From: an uncultured delta proteobacterium
Lineage (GTDB): Bacteria > Desulfobacterota > Binatia > UBA9968
Direction of reading: 5' to 3'
Assembly: GCA_963771465.1 (NCBI GenBank)
Contig: CAVYTU010000012.1
Coordinates: 64,001-128,000 of the forward strand
Length of the DNA stretch: 64,000 nt
Position 1 is the stretch's first letter. Every line of letters begins with the position of its first letter. Of this stretch, positions 41,456 through 50,239 are shown in pieces. The notes below the pieces were generated by a model. The model saw only the letters and a list, made by a program, of their open reading frames with translations. It did no database searches and was not told the origin of the DNA. Made by a program: the position numbers and the translations under genes.

Positions 41456-41577
41456 ATCGAATCATGACCGAACCCAATTCCCCATCGAGAGTTAAAGTAA
41501 CTCGTTTCGGAATTTTGTTGGCGGCGGCGGTGATCGCTTACATCGGCGCGGTGATCGTCTTCATCATTGTTAATTGA
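41452..41577 (+). CDS. 41-aa single-TM protein inside the oxidase operon (not in the ORF track)
   Basis: MNRIMTEPNSPSRVKVTRFGILLAAAVIAYIGAVIVFIIVN; ATGA-coupled to the cyoE stop. Confidence 0.6.
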   Translation: MNRIMTEPNSPSRVKVTRFGILLAAAVIAYIGAVIVFIIVN

Positions 41578-41601
41578 GTTGAAAGTTCAGGGCTCTCGGT
41601 A

Positions 41602-42264
41602 ATGGCAAAATCCTCCGCAGCACGAAAACTAACTGAGATCGTGTCACCGCCTCAGCGGCGGCGCTCGGCATTCGGCGGCGGGCCGCCGACGCCGCCGGTG
41701 CGGCCAAATCTGCCGATCCTCAACAACTCCCGACTCGCAGTAGTCATGTTACTCGCCTCCGAACTGATGTTTTTCGCCGGCTTGATCGGCGCATTTCTGG
41801 TTTTTCGTTTGAGCGCGACGGTTTGGCCGCCGCCGTTCCAGCCGCGCTTGCCGCTCGGCGTGACCGGGGTGAATAGTCTGATTCTGCTTTTCAGCGCGCT
41901 GACGATGCATTGGGCTGTATCCGCCAGCCGTACCGGCTTAGCATCCAAGCTAGTGCGTCAACTATTTTTCACCCTGCTTCTGGGCGCGCTCTTTTTAGTC
42001 ATTCAAGGTTATGAATGGACGCGTCTGATTCATTTCGGTTTGACCACGTCGAGCAGCGTCTACGGCGGTCTGTTCTACGCGCTCATCGGCGCCCATGGCG
42101 CGCATGTATTCGGCGGGCTGGTTTGGCTGTTGATCGTTTACTGGCAGGCAAGACACGGGCGATTTACCAAGACGGATTTTGTCGGTGTGCAGACCGCGCG
42201 CATGTATTGGACCTTCGTTGTCGCGCTTTGGCCAGTGCTCTACGGTTTGGTTTATCTTTACTAG
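41602..42264 (+). CDS. Cytochrome c oxidase subunit III-like (copy 1)
   Basis: LASELMFFAG, NSLILLFS, QGYEW, GAHGAHV, YWTFV. Confidence 0.9.
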   Translation: MAKSSAARKLTEIVSPPQRRRSAFGGGPPTPPVRPNLPILNNSRLAVVMLLASELMFFAGLIGAFLVFRLSATVWPPPFQPRLPLGVTGVNSLILLFSALTMHWAVSASRTGLASKLVRQLFFTLLLGALFLVIQGYEWTRLIHFGLTTSSSVYGGLFYALIGAHGAHVFGGLVWLLIVYWQARHGRFTKTDFVGVQTARMYWTFVVALWPVLYGLVYLY

Positions 42265-42274
42265 CGACGTTTAG

Positions 42275-42303
42275 TTGACAGGGCGAAACCGTTAAGATAC
42301 TTT
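42275..42303 (+). promoter_or_regulatory. Internal sigma-70-like promoter in the oxidase operon
   Basis: TTGACA-17-TACTTT upstream of ATG 42321. Confidence 0.5.
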
Positions 42304-42320
42304 TTTGGCTGTTTAAGATT

Positions 42321-42596
42321 ATGAGAGTAAAAACTTTACTTGTCATCGTTTTCAGCGTGGTGACGTCGCCGGCGATTGCTCAGGCGTGCGCCGTGTGTTT
42401 TTCCGGTGACGATGACATTGTCACGCACGCGTTCAATTGGAGCGTGGGCTTCTTATTGGCGGCGCCTTACGCGATCGGCGGCACGATCGCCACATGTTTG
42501 GTGATCGCTTACCGACGAGCGGTGGCGCAGCGCGCAGCTTTGGATGAGACGCAGGCCGGCGAGCTGATTTGGACTGAGGAGGAAAGCGTAAAATGA
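42321..42596 (+). CDS. Small exported/membrane CxxC protein of the oxidase operon
   Basis: Signal peptide ending AQA then CAVC, followed by one TM helix; ATGA overlap with next gene. Confidence 0.7.
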   Translation: MRVKTLLVIVFSVVTSPAIAQACAVCFSGDDDIVTHAFNWSVGFLLAAPYAIGGTIATCLVIAYRRAVAQRAALDETQAGELIWTEEESVK

Positions 42597-43201
42597 GTGA
42601 AGCGGTAGTGGTGCATGGCGGCGTAGAGCCCGCGGAAACGCCCCTAACCCCAGAGAGCTGGGGCAAGCTCGGCATGTGGTTGTTTCTCGCCGGCGACGCC
42701 ATGTCGTTCGGCGGGCTGATCGTCGGCTACGGTATTCTCCGTCACGCGAGCAAGACTTGGCCGGTGCCGGCCGCGGTGCTCGGCATCAACTTGACTGCAT
42801 TGATGACTTTCCTGTTGATCGTCAGCAGCGTCACGATGGTGTTGGGGTTAGCTGCGCTCCAAGACAGCGATAAAGCCAAGTTTAATAAATTTATGGGCGC
42901 TACCATTCTTGGCGGCGCGATGTTTCTTGGCCTGCAGGCTTATGAGTGGACGCACCTGATCGGCCACACGCTGCCGCATTATAATTTGGCCTTCACCAAG
43001 GATCTGTTCGCGACGACGTTTTTTGTGCTCACCGGATTTCACGGCATGCACGTCACCGGCGGCGTGATTTACAATTCTTGTGTGTTGGCGGCGGTCAATC
43101 GCGGCCGTTACCAGGCCAAGCACGTGGAGATCGCCGGCCTATATTGGCACTTCGTCGATCTCGTCTGGATTTTGATTTTTACCTTCGTTTATCTGCTGTA
43201 A
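42593..43201 (+). CDS. Cytochrome c oxidase subunit III-like (copy 2)
   Basis: KLGMWLFL, SSVTM, QAYEW, TGFHGMHV, GLYWHFVDLVW. Confidence 0.93.
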   Translation: MSEAVVVHGGVEPAETPLTPESWGKLGMWLFLAGDAMSFGGLIVGYGILRHASKTWPVPAAVLGINLTALMTFLLIVSSVTMVLGLAALQDSDKAKFNKFMGATILGGAMFLGLQAYEWTHLIGHTLPHYNLAFTKDLFATTFFVLTGFHGMHVTGGVIYNSCVLAAVNRGRYQAKHVEIAGLYWHFVDLVWILIFTFVYLL

Positions 43202-43219
43202 AAAATTAAAGGATTGAAA

Positions 43220-43498
43220 ATGGCAACGACAGCTCATTCGCACCATAACTATATTAAGATTTTCGTCATCCTTTCGGTGCTGACGGTTATCGAGGTCGGC
43301 ATCACCTTTTTGGGATTGCCGAAAATGCTGCTTGCGGCCTTGCTGATTACCCTAGCGGTTTGGAAAGCGGCCTTAGTAGCGATGCATTTCATGCATCTCA
43401 AAATGGAGAAAATGACGCTTTCCATCGTTGCGATCGTCCCGTTTATTCTCTGCGTGTTTTTGATCCTCATGTTGTTACCGGACATCTACCCGAAGTGA
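43220..43498 (+). CDS. Cytochrome c oxidase subunit IV family
   Basis: LTVIEV, KAALVAMHFMHL; three TM helices. Confidence 0.88.
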   Translation: MATTAHSHHNYIKIFVILSVLTVIEVGITFLGLPKMLLAALLITLAVWKAALVAMHFMHLKMEKMTLSIVAIVPFILCVFLILMLLPDIYPK

Positions 43499-43914
43499 TT
43501 TCCACTTCACAACTTCCGACTCTCAATGCGGCGCTGAATAGTCTCAGCGCCGTTTGTCTTTTTGCCGGCTATCTTTTCATTCGCGGCAAAAACCGCCAAG
43601 CCCATCGGCGCTGCATGCTGGCGGCGTTCGCGTGCTCGAGCCTTTTTCTCATCTCCTATCTAGTTTATCACTTCCAAGTGGGTTCGGTCGGTTTCAAAGG
43701 CGAAGGTTGGATTCGCCGCGTCTATTTCACCATTCTGATCACCCACACCATCCTTGCCGCAACCGTGGTGCCGCTGGCGTTGATCACATTCGTGCGCGCG
43801 CTCAGAGAAAAATTTGACGCGCACCGGCGCATCGCGCGCTGGACATTGCCGATCTGGCTCTACGTGTCGGTTACCGGGGTGGTGGTATATTTGATGTTAT
43901 ACCGCCTCTCATAG
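43495..43914 (+). CDS. DUF420 family protein
   Basis: LPTLNAALN, HRRCM, FLISYLVYH, HTILA, HRRIARWTLPIWLYVSVTGV; GTGA overlap. Confidence 0.9.
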   Translation: MISTSQLPTLNAALNSLSAVCLFAGYLFIRGKNRQAHRRCMLAAFACSSLFLISYLVYHFQVGSVGFKGEGWIRRVYFTILITHTILAATVVPLALITFVRALREKFDAHRRIARWTLPIWLYVSVTGVVVYLMLYRLS

Positions 43915-44025
43915 GTTGTTGCCGTAATTGTCGCCTCTTCTCCTTCTAGAACTCTGTTAGGAATCTTGTTAGAAAAGATACGTGCGTGTACAGTTACCAT
44001 AACGATCTTGGATGGAGGGATACTT

Positions 44026-44244
44026 ATGCCGGGCACGGAACCCAATCGCGACGAAGAGATCCGGCAGCTTGCCTATCGGCTTTGGCAAGAGGCTGGATGT
44101 CCGGAGGGAATCGAAGCTCAACATTGGCTGAAAGCCGAGGCGATTTGGCTGGAAGAACATCGCGCGCCGAGCAAAGCGAAGCGAACGAAAGCTGCCAAAG
44201 CCAGAAAGCCAAGAAAATCCGGCGCCACGGATCGCGAGCTGTAG
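44026..44244 (+). CDS. DUF2934 domain protein
   Basis: EEIRQLAYRLWQEAGCPEG...HWLKAE with basic tail; GGAGG RBS. Confidence 0.85.
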   Translation: MPGTEPNRDEEIRQLAYRLWQEAGCPEGIEAQHWLKAEAIWLEEHRAPSKAKRTKAAKARKPRKSGATDREL

Positions 44245-44515
44245 CTGCTAGTTTTTCCGCCGCAAGGTTTTAAGACCCGTTGTCAGGGGGAATTCACTCA
44301 ACGCGCTCAGCCGCGCCACGGTGAGCATCACGGGTAGTTTCGGCCAGAGCCGCGCTGATTCATCCCGGCCAGAAAAATCTTCATCAATCTTTCCGGCCTC
44401 CAGTTGCTCGATTTGTCGCTGATCGGTCTTGCCGACTGGTTCATTGACAGCGCGAAATACTTCAAGCTAGATAGACGCTAGCAGTTACTTTTTTCGGTAG
44501 GATGACGGGTGGGAG

Positions 44516-45322
44516 ATGGCGATCAAATCCATGGGTATCGTCGGTTGCGGCGCGATTGGCAAGGCGCTGATCAAGGCTGTTGAAGACGGCAAGCTGGCGG
44601 TGCGTGTGGCGGGGGTGACCAGCCGGACGGAAAAAAATGCGCGCGAATTCTTGTCGGCATTTAATAATCCGCCGCCGTATCTTTCACTCGATGAACTAGT
44701 ACGCGCGTCAGATCTGCTGATCGAGGCGGCCGGTGGACACATTGTTGCGGAATTAGCGAAGAAAGTTTTTGCCGCAGACAAAGACTTGATGGTGATCAGC
44801 GTCGGCGCGTTGCTTGAGTATCCGGAGGTCATGGCGGAGTCGCGGCGCACGGGTTGTCACCTCTACGTTCCGTCGGGGGCGATCGCGGGACTGGATGGCA
44901 TTAAGTCGGCCTGCGTCGGCCAGATCGCGCATGTGACACACACGACGCGCAAACCGCCGCTCGGACTCGAAGGCGCACCCTACTTAGTCGAACGCGGTAT
45001 CTCATTGGCTGGGCTGGCGGAAGAGAAGGAAGTTTTCTCCGGCTCGGCGCGCGAGGCGTGCCGTGGCTTTCCAGCCAATGTGAATGTTACGGGTGCGGTG
45101 AGCTTGGCCGGCATCGGCCCGGACAAGACTCGGGTGAGAATTCTCGCCGTGCCTGGGCTGACGCGCAATTGCCACGACATCGACGTCGAGGGCGAGTTCG
45201 GCAAGCTGCACGTGCATATCGAAAACGTGCCGAGCGAAAATCCTAGGACTGGAAAATTGACGGCGCTGTCGATTATTCGCGCCGTGCAGGATGTCGTCGA
45301 TCCGGTGCGGATTGGTAATTGA
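44516..45322 (+). CDS. nadX: L-aspartate dehydrogenase family
   Basis: GCGAIG, EAAG, SVGAL, PSGAIAGLD, TRKPP, GSAREA, FPANVNV, NPRT. Confidence 0.9.
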   Translation: MAIKSMGIVGCGAIGKALIKAVEDGKLAVRVAGVTSRTEKNAREFLSAFNNPPPYLSLDELVRASDLLIEAAGGHIVAELAKKVFAADKDLMVISVGALLEYPEVMAESRRTGCHLYVPSGAIAGLDGIKSACVGQIAHVTHTTRKPPLGLEGAPYLVERGISLAGLAEEKEVFSGSAREACRGFPANVNVTGAVSLAGIGPDKTRVRILAVPGLTRNCHDIDVEGEFGKLHVHIENVPSENPRTGKLTALSIIRAVQDVVDPVRIGN

Positions 45323-45332
45323 ATAAAGCCGG

Positions 45333-45389
45333 GAGGGATCGACGATGGAGGATTGAGGCTTGCCATTCTCGATCTTCTATCCTCGATTC
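45333..45389. repeat. Inverted array of degenerate 7-mers
   Basis: GACGATG GAGGATT ... CCATTCT CGATCTT CTATCCT CGATTC. Confidence 0.6.
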
Positions 45390-45404
45390 GGCTGACGTTA
45401 ACGG

Positions 45405-47003
45405 ATGAACAACAGCGATCTCATCGTTAAGACTCTTGAGCAGGCCGGCGTGCGCTGGGTGTTCGGGATTCCCAGCGGGCCGGTGTTGCCGCTGATCGAA
45501 GCTTTGCGCGGCAGTCCGGTTGAGTTCGTGCTCACGGCAACGGAAACGTCGGCGGCTTTCATGGCTTCCGTTGTCGGCTATTTGACCGGCGTTCCAGGCG
45601 TGTGCGCTTCGACGGTCGGCCCCGGCGCGACCAATCTGACGACCGGGGTAGGCTGCGCGTGGTTGGACCGCGCGCCAGTATTGGCGATCACTTGCAACGT
45701 CGCCACGCCGTGGCTCGAGCGGCGCATTCAAATGCGCATCGATCATCACAAGCTATTCGAGCCACTGACCAAAGCGACCCTCGCTTGCCGTCAGTCCAAT
45801 GTCGGCGAGATGTTTAGCCGGGCGATCGCAATCGCCACGCAAGAACCGCCCGGGCCGGTGCATCTCGATTTGCCCGAAGATGTTGCCCAGGCTGCCGCGT
45901 TGGAAACTCGCGGCACGCAAATGACGCCGGCAGCGCTGCCAGACTTGTCGAATGAAGTTGCCGAGGCGATTGCCCACGCGCTGAAGAGCGCGAAGCGGCC
46001 GTTGCTAATTGTCGGTTTGACGTTTACGCGCAGCGCGGCTGGTCAAAATCTGCTTCAGTTCATCGAGCGGCAAAACATTCCGTTTGTCACGACATTGCAC
46101 GGTAAAGGCTTTCTGCCGGAGGGCCATCCAAATTCCGCTGGCGTCATCGGCCGGGCGCGACGCAGCGATCTAAAAAAATTCACCGATCACGCCGATCTCA
46201 TTCTCGCCGTCGGCTACGATCCCATCGAGATCAACTATGAAGATTGGGTGAAGCAGGGAACGTCGATCGTTCACGTTAGCACCGAAGCGGCCGAAAGCGG
46301 CAACGGCTTGAATCTGACTTGGAACAAGGGCTGCGAGTTGGACGCGGCGATTGGTGCCATGGTCAGGATTAAACCGACAACCAACACCTGGCCGTCTGGA
46401 GAGTTCCGCGCGCATCGAGATAGTTTCGACAAAGCGCTTCGTCCCGCCAGCGCGAGCTTTGCGCCTTACCAAGCTTTGGACATTTTGCGCGAGAAGTTAC
46501 CAGCCGACGGCATTCTCGCTTACGACGTTGGCGCACATACTCATCAAATCGCCAGCCAATGGCGCACCGATCAACCGAGAACTTTGCTTGCGACCAACGG
46601 CTGGTCGTCGATGGGTTACGGCATGCCCGCCGCCTATGCGGCGAAGTTAGTTCAGCCGGATCGTGCCGTGGTCGGCGTCATCGGTGACGGCTGCTTTCAA
46701 ATGACGGCCGGTGAGTTGGCGTTGGCGCGCCGGCGGAATTTAGCCGTGCCGGTGATCGTACTCAATGACGGCTGGCTCGGCTTGATGAAAGTCAAACAAG
46801 AAAAAAGAAACTATCCGCTCTCCGGCGTCCATCTCGGCGCGCCGCCTGAGTCGCCGGCGCATTATTTCGGCGTGCCGTGCCGCGCGGCAAAATCGGCCGA
46901 AGAGTTTCGCGAAGCGCTCGACTGGGCATTGGCTCTCGGCGGGCCCAGCGTCGTCGAAGCGTTCGTCGATGCCGAAAGTTATTCCGCCACCGTCTTCGAT
47001 TAG
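45405..47003 (+). CDS. Thiamine-diphosphate enzyme (acetolactate synthase-like)
   Basis: FGIPSG, ETSAAFMA, GPGATN, PPGPVHLDLP, SMGYGMP, GDG...N ThDP motif. Confidence 0.92.
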   Translation: MNNSDLIVKTLEQAGVRWVFGIPSGPVLPLIEALRGSPVEFVLTATETSAAFMASVVGYLTGVPGVCASTVGPGATNLTTGVGCAWLDRAPVLAITCNVATPWLERRIQMRIDHHKLFEPLTKATLACRQSNVGEMFSRAIAIATQEPPGPVHLDLPEDVAQAAALETRGTQMTPAALPDLSNEVAEAIAHALKSAKRPLLIVGLTFTRSAAGQNLLQFIERQNIPFVTTLHGKGFLPEGHPNSAGVIGRARRSDLKKFTDHADLILAVGYDPIEINYEDWVKQGTSIVHVSTEAAESGNGLNLTWNKGCELDAAIGAMVRIKPTTNTWPSGEFRAHRDSFDKALRPASASFAPYQALDILREKLPADGILAYDVGAHTHQIASQWRTDQPRTLLATNGWSSMGYGMPAAYAAKLVQPDRAVVGVIGDGCFQMTAGELALARRRNLAVPVIVLNDGWLGLMKVKQEKRNYPLSGVHLGAPPESPAHYFGVPCRAAKSAEEFREALDWALALGGPSVVEAFVDAESYSATVFD

Positions 47004-47018
47004 GCGCGTCGGTCTTGA

Positions 47019-47259
47019 ACCCGGATTGCGCAGTTAAAATTGAATCAGCGTGAGGGCGTTCCTTCCGTAATGAAGCCAATGGATCCGCGCTTTTGAGCAG
47101 GCAACCGACATGATTGCCCGGCAAGCAATCCTGGGAAGCCATTAGAACGGCTTGCCAACCAGGTTAATTGACTTTGCGACCGCAGCGTCGGATATCTTCA
47201 CTACTCCGAGCTGGTATCTCGCTCAGCGCTCGCCATTCCTTCAACTGCGGAATCCGGGT
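47019..47259. mobile_element. MITE-like element with IS982-like terminal inverted repeats
   Basis: Left ACCCGGATTGCGCAGTTAAA; right end reverse-complemented ACCCGGATTCCGCAGTTGAA (18/20 match); 241 bp, no transposase ORF. Confidence 0.65.
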
Positions 47260-47262
47260 TTA

Positions 47263-48483
47263 ATGTCTCCCATCACCGCCGAGCGCAACAACCTTCGTTG
47301 GGCAATCCTCGCCCTCATCAGCGCGTCGCATATCGTCGGCGCGTCGGCGCAGTACGGCATCAGCACGCTGGCGCCTTTTTACCAAGACAAACTCGACTTG
47401 TCGCGCGCTCAGGTTGGACTTTTCATCTCCGCTTTCTATCTCGCCATGACCGGCGCGTCGTTTGGCGCCGGCTGGCTCGCCGACCGCATGGGCGTCGGCA
47501 AGACGACATTGCAAGGACATTTATCCGTCGGCGTCTGTATCGGCGCGACGGCGTTGGCGCCGACGTTCGCTTGGGCCTTCGTGGGCTTTTTTCTCTGCGG
47601 TCTCGGCTATGCGTTTCTCAATCCGGCGTCGACCAAAGGCGTGATGGCTTGGTTCCATCGCGACGAGCGCGCCACCGCGATGGGGATCAAGCAGACCGGC
47701 GTGCCGGCGGGCGGTTTTTTTACCGCGCTATTGGCGCCACCACTGGTTTTACTGATCGGCTGGCGTGGCGCGTTCGCGGCTTTGGGTGTTGCAAATTTTT
47801 TATTCGCTTTTATTTTTTCTTCCCTATGGCGCGAGCCGCCCGATAACTTGACGGCACATTCAACACCAGCCCAAGGATCGGCTGGGACGCAACAGCCGCT
47901 CGACGTTTGGGGATTTTTGCCGGCGAGTTTTGGCACGGCGATTTTTTTAATCGGCCAAATGTCGCTGATCACCTATTTACCGCTTTATCTAAAAGAGTCG
48001 ATGGGCTTTACACCCTACTGGGCGAGCCAGGCTTTGGCTATCGCCCAGGGTGGCGCGATGGTGGGACGGATCGGTTGGGGTGTCGCCAGCGACCGATTGT
48101 TCGGCGGCCGGCGCAAGATCGTGCTGATCATCATCGGTCTCGTGAGCGTTGTGCTGATGATGGGCTTGAGTCTGATGACCGAACGATCGCCTTTGTCGCT
48201 GTTGTTGGCGATCGTTTTTCTGGCAGGGCTCTGTATTGTCGGCTACCAAGGCGTGTCCTACGCCTTGATTGGCGAACTTGCGGGCACGACCCGAACCGGA
48301 GTGGCTATGGGCCTGATGATTACGATCAATGCGGCGGCAGCGACGTTGGGCACACCGTTTTTTGGTTATATTGTCGACCGCAGCGGAAGCTACGCGCTGG
48401 CTTGGCAGTCGCTCGCCGGCATGATCCTTGTGGGCTGCGTGGGCCTGACAATCTTCCTCAAGGAAGCGCGACGGATAACTTAG
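47263..48483 (+). CDS. MFS transporter
   Basis: About 12 TM helices; GWLADRMG motif A, ERATAMGIKQTG, GRIGWGVASDR. Confidence 0.92.
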   Translation: MSPITAERNNLRWAILALISASHIVGASAQYGISTLAPFYQDKLDLSRAQVGLFISAFYLAMTGASFGAGWLADRMGVGKTTLQGHLSVGVCIGATALAPTFAWAFVGFFLCGLGYAFLNPASTKGVMAWFHRDERATAMGIKQTGVPAGGFFTALLAPPLVLLIGWRGAFAALGVANFLFAFIFSSLWREPPDNLTAHSTPAQGSAGTQQPLDVWGFLPASFGTAIFLIGQMSLITYLPLYLKESMGFTPYWASQALAIAQGGAMVGRIGWGVASDRLFGGRRKIVLIIIGLVSVVLMMGLSLMTERSPLSLLLAIVFLAGLCIVGYQGVSYALIGELAGTTRTGVAMGLMITINAAAATLGTPFFGYIVDRSGSYALAWQSLAGMILVGCVGLTIFLKEARRIT

Positions 48484-48615
48484 AGTAAGGGGCCGTGCGC
48501 CGTTTGGGTGAACAAGTTGTCATTTTCAACGTGGGATGACGGGCCGCAAAAGATTTTCGTAGGCGGAGCCGCAATTTAAAATTGACAGAACCTTCGCGGT
48601 GCGAGCTTCGCCGCC

Positions 48616-49437
48616 TCAACTGGTCAACTCCAAGTTGGTCAGCAAAGTGGTAAGGTCGGCGCTGACGTTTTTGACTCCAGGAATTTTTTGAACTTGCGCG
48701 ACCACCTGGCGGTCGGAAATCCATTCGGGGATCGTCCCCGATAATTCAATATTCCCATCGTCGGCTTTGACTTCGATTCTTGCGTGGGACAAGTCATTTG
48801 ACAGGGCGAGTGTGGCGCGAACCCGCGTTGCCAGCGCAAAGTTTGCAAACGCCAGTTTGGAAGCGGCGGTCATTTGATAGTCCGGCGCGTGGGCCGCTTC
48901 GACAATCAAGCGTTTCGCCGTGCTTAGCCCCATATAACCAAGATTGACCACCAGATCGTAGCGGCTCGGATCGCGCCAGTCGGTGCCGAACATTCCGTGC
49001 AGCCTTCGGGTGCGCGCCTTGTCGAGTTCTTCGACGTAACGGCGCGCGGCGACTTCGTTTAGATTATGCCGCTCGCGTACCTGGGCGATGCGCATTTCCA
49101 TGGGCGCTGTCAGCAGCACCTTGAGCACGTGGGCAAACTTGGGTATTAGTTCGTGGCCGAGATGGCCGTGGTACACGATGCCGCGATCGCGCGCGACTTC
49201 ACAAAACGCTGCCTGCAACGCGATGCGGTAGGGATCGAGGTTGCGCGTAAAGGTCGCCCACCACGTCGGCTCGCGTTCGACGATCTCGGCGAGCTTAGCT
49301 TCGGGTATGCTATACTGCAGACTGGCTTCGACCAGCACTTCGCGGTCGACACTGACGTACCCCAACGATTGGGCCACGGCATCGGCCACCTCTTCACCGC
49401 TGCCGGATGCGCCCTGATAGATCGTGATGATTTGCAT
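48616..49437 (-). CDS. Cytidylate-kinase-like protein fused to a BON domain
   Basis: IITIYQGASGSGEEVA, YHGH, LTAPMEMRI, DKAR, DWRDPSRYDLVVN; C-terminal IEVKADDGNIELSG...IPGVKNV. Confidence 0.8.
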   Translation of the reverse strand: MQIITIYQGASGSGEEVADAVAQSLGYVSVDREVLVEASLQYSIPEAKLAEIVEREPTWWATFTRNLDPYRIALQAAFCEVARDRGIVYHGHLGHELIPKFAHVLKVLLTAPMEMRIAQVRERHNLNEVAARRYVEELDKARTRRLHGMFGTDWRDPSRYDLVVNLGYMGLSTAKRLIVEAAHAPDYQMTAASKLAFANFALATRVRATLALSNDLSHARIEVKADDGNIELSGTIPEWISDRQVVAQVQKIPGVKNVSADLTTLLTNLELTS

Positions 49438-49517
49438 AGGAGTCGTCCTCCATTTTTACTATCGCCACTTTACGCGATTATTGTCCCGGCGAGTTTGACG
49501 TTCAAGCAAATTCTTCT

Positions 49518-50006
49518 TCAAGGGGCGATACCCCTGGCGTTCCAAGTTCCCTCATTGAAAACTTGAGCCGCTTCTTCCTCGATCATGGGTCCAACGACTT
49601 CGACCCGGTGGGTTCCCCGCGCAAGTAGCTCGGCGCAATGTTCGCGGAGGTGCTCTGATCGGTTGCCGATGACTTCGTGCAGCCGGGAGCTGCTGAGTCC
49701 GAAGACAACTCGGCCAACGCCGCTCCAAAAGATCGCTCCGGCACACATCGGACAAGGTTCCGCGTTGACATAGAGCGTGCACTGGGCGAGCGCAGTGGGG
49801 GTGAATCGGCGCGACGCTTCGGCGAGCAACCGGGTTTCCGCATGACCGGTGCAATCATGGGTCACGTCCTGGGTGTTTTCGGCTTCGAGGAGAACTCTGC
49901 CACGGCCGCTCACCAAGACCGCTCCGAACGGCCGGTTACCATGTTCGCGCGAACGCTGCGCGACCATAAGCGCATATCGTAAATAGCGGTGATCCGATTC
50001 GATCAT
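49518..50006 (-). CDS. Zn-dependent nucleoside/nucleobase deaminase (TadA/guanine deaminase-like)
   Basis: PFGAVLV, HAE, EPCPMCAGA; GGAGG RBS before ATG 50006. Confidence 0.92.
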   Translation of the reverse strand: MIESDHRYLRYALMVAQRSREHGNRPFGAVLVSGRGRVLLEAENTQDVTHDCTGHAETRLLAEASRRFTPTALAQCTLYVNAEPCPMCAGAIFWSGVGRVVFGLSSSRLHEVIGNRSEHLREHCAELLARGTHRVEVVGPMIEEEAAQVFNEGTWNARGIAP

Positions 50007-50007
50007 T

Positions 50008-50112
50008 TTACCTTCCCTCCTGCATCCGCCGTCGCACATTCATTTTTCCAAAGGCGTTCTGCTTCCGCCGCTTGCGTCGGCGGGACAGAACGATGATCAT
50101 CCGTGTGAACAT
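50008..50112 (-). CDS. Candidate Arg-rich 34-aa upstream ORF
   Basis: AAAGGAG RBS; MFTRMIIVLSRRRKRRKQNAFGKMNVRRRMQEGR; stop 1 nt before the deaminase ATG. Confidence 0.4.
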   Translation of the reverse strand: MFTRMIIVLSRRRKRRKQNAFGKMNVRRRMQEGR

Positions 50113-50127
50113 GCTACTCCTTTGGAT

Positions 50128-50152
50128 CTTGCAGTAATGATTACAAAGTCAA
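50128..50152 (-). promoter_or_regulatory. GTAAT-N-ATTAC palindrome next to a TTGACT -35 (Fur/Zur-family-like operator)
   Basis: CTTGCAGTAATGATTACAAAGTCAA on the + strand. Confidence 0.45.
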
Positions 50153-50190
50153 GCACGGGAGACATGACTTCTCTCCGACCATGGCAACAA

Positions 50191-50234
50191 ACGACAAGGG
50201 CATCCTTCTCACGACAAGAAGGATACCCCCTCGT
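50191..50234 (-). terminator. Long hairpin, probable terminator
   Basis: Minus strand AGGGGGTATCCTTCT-TGTCGTG-AGAAGGATGCCCTT followed by GTCGTTTGTTG. Confidence 0.6.
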
Positions 50235-50239
50235 TGCGC

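Noticed and set aside
47152-47262. N-terminal extension of the MFS ORF
   Set aside because: Falls inside the MITE-like element and is not MFS-like.
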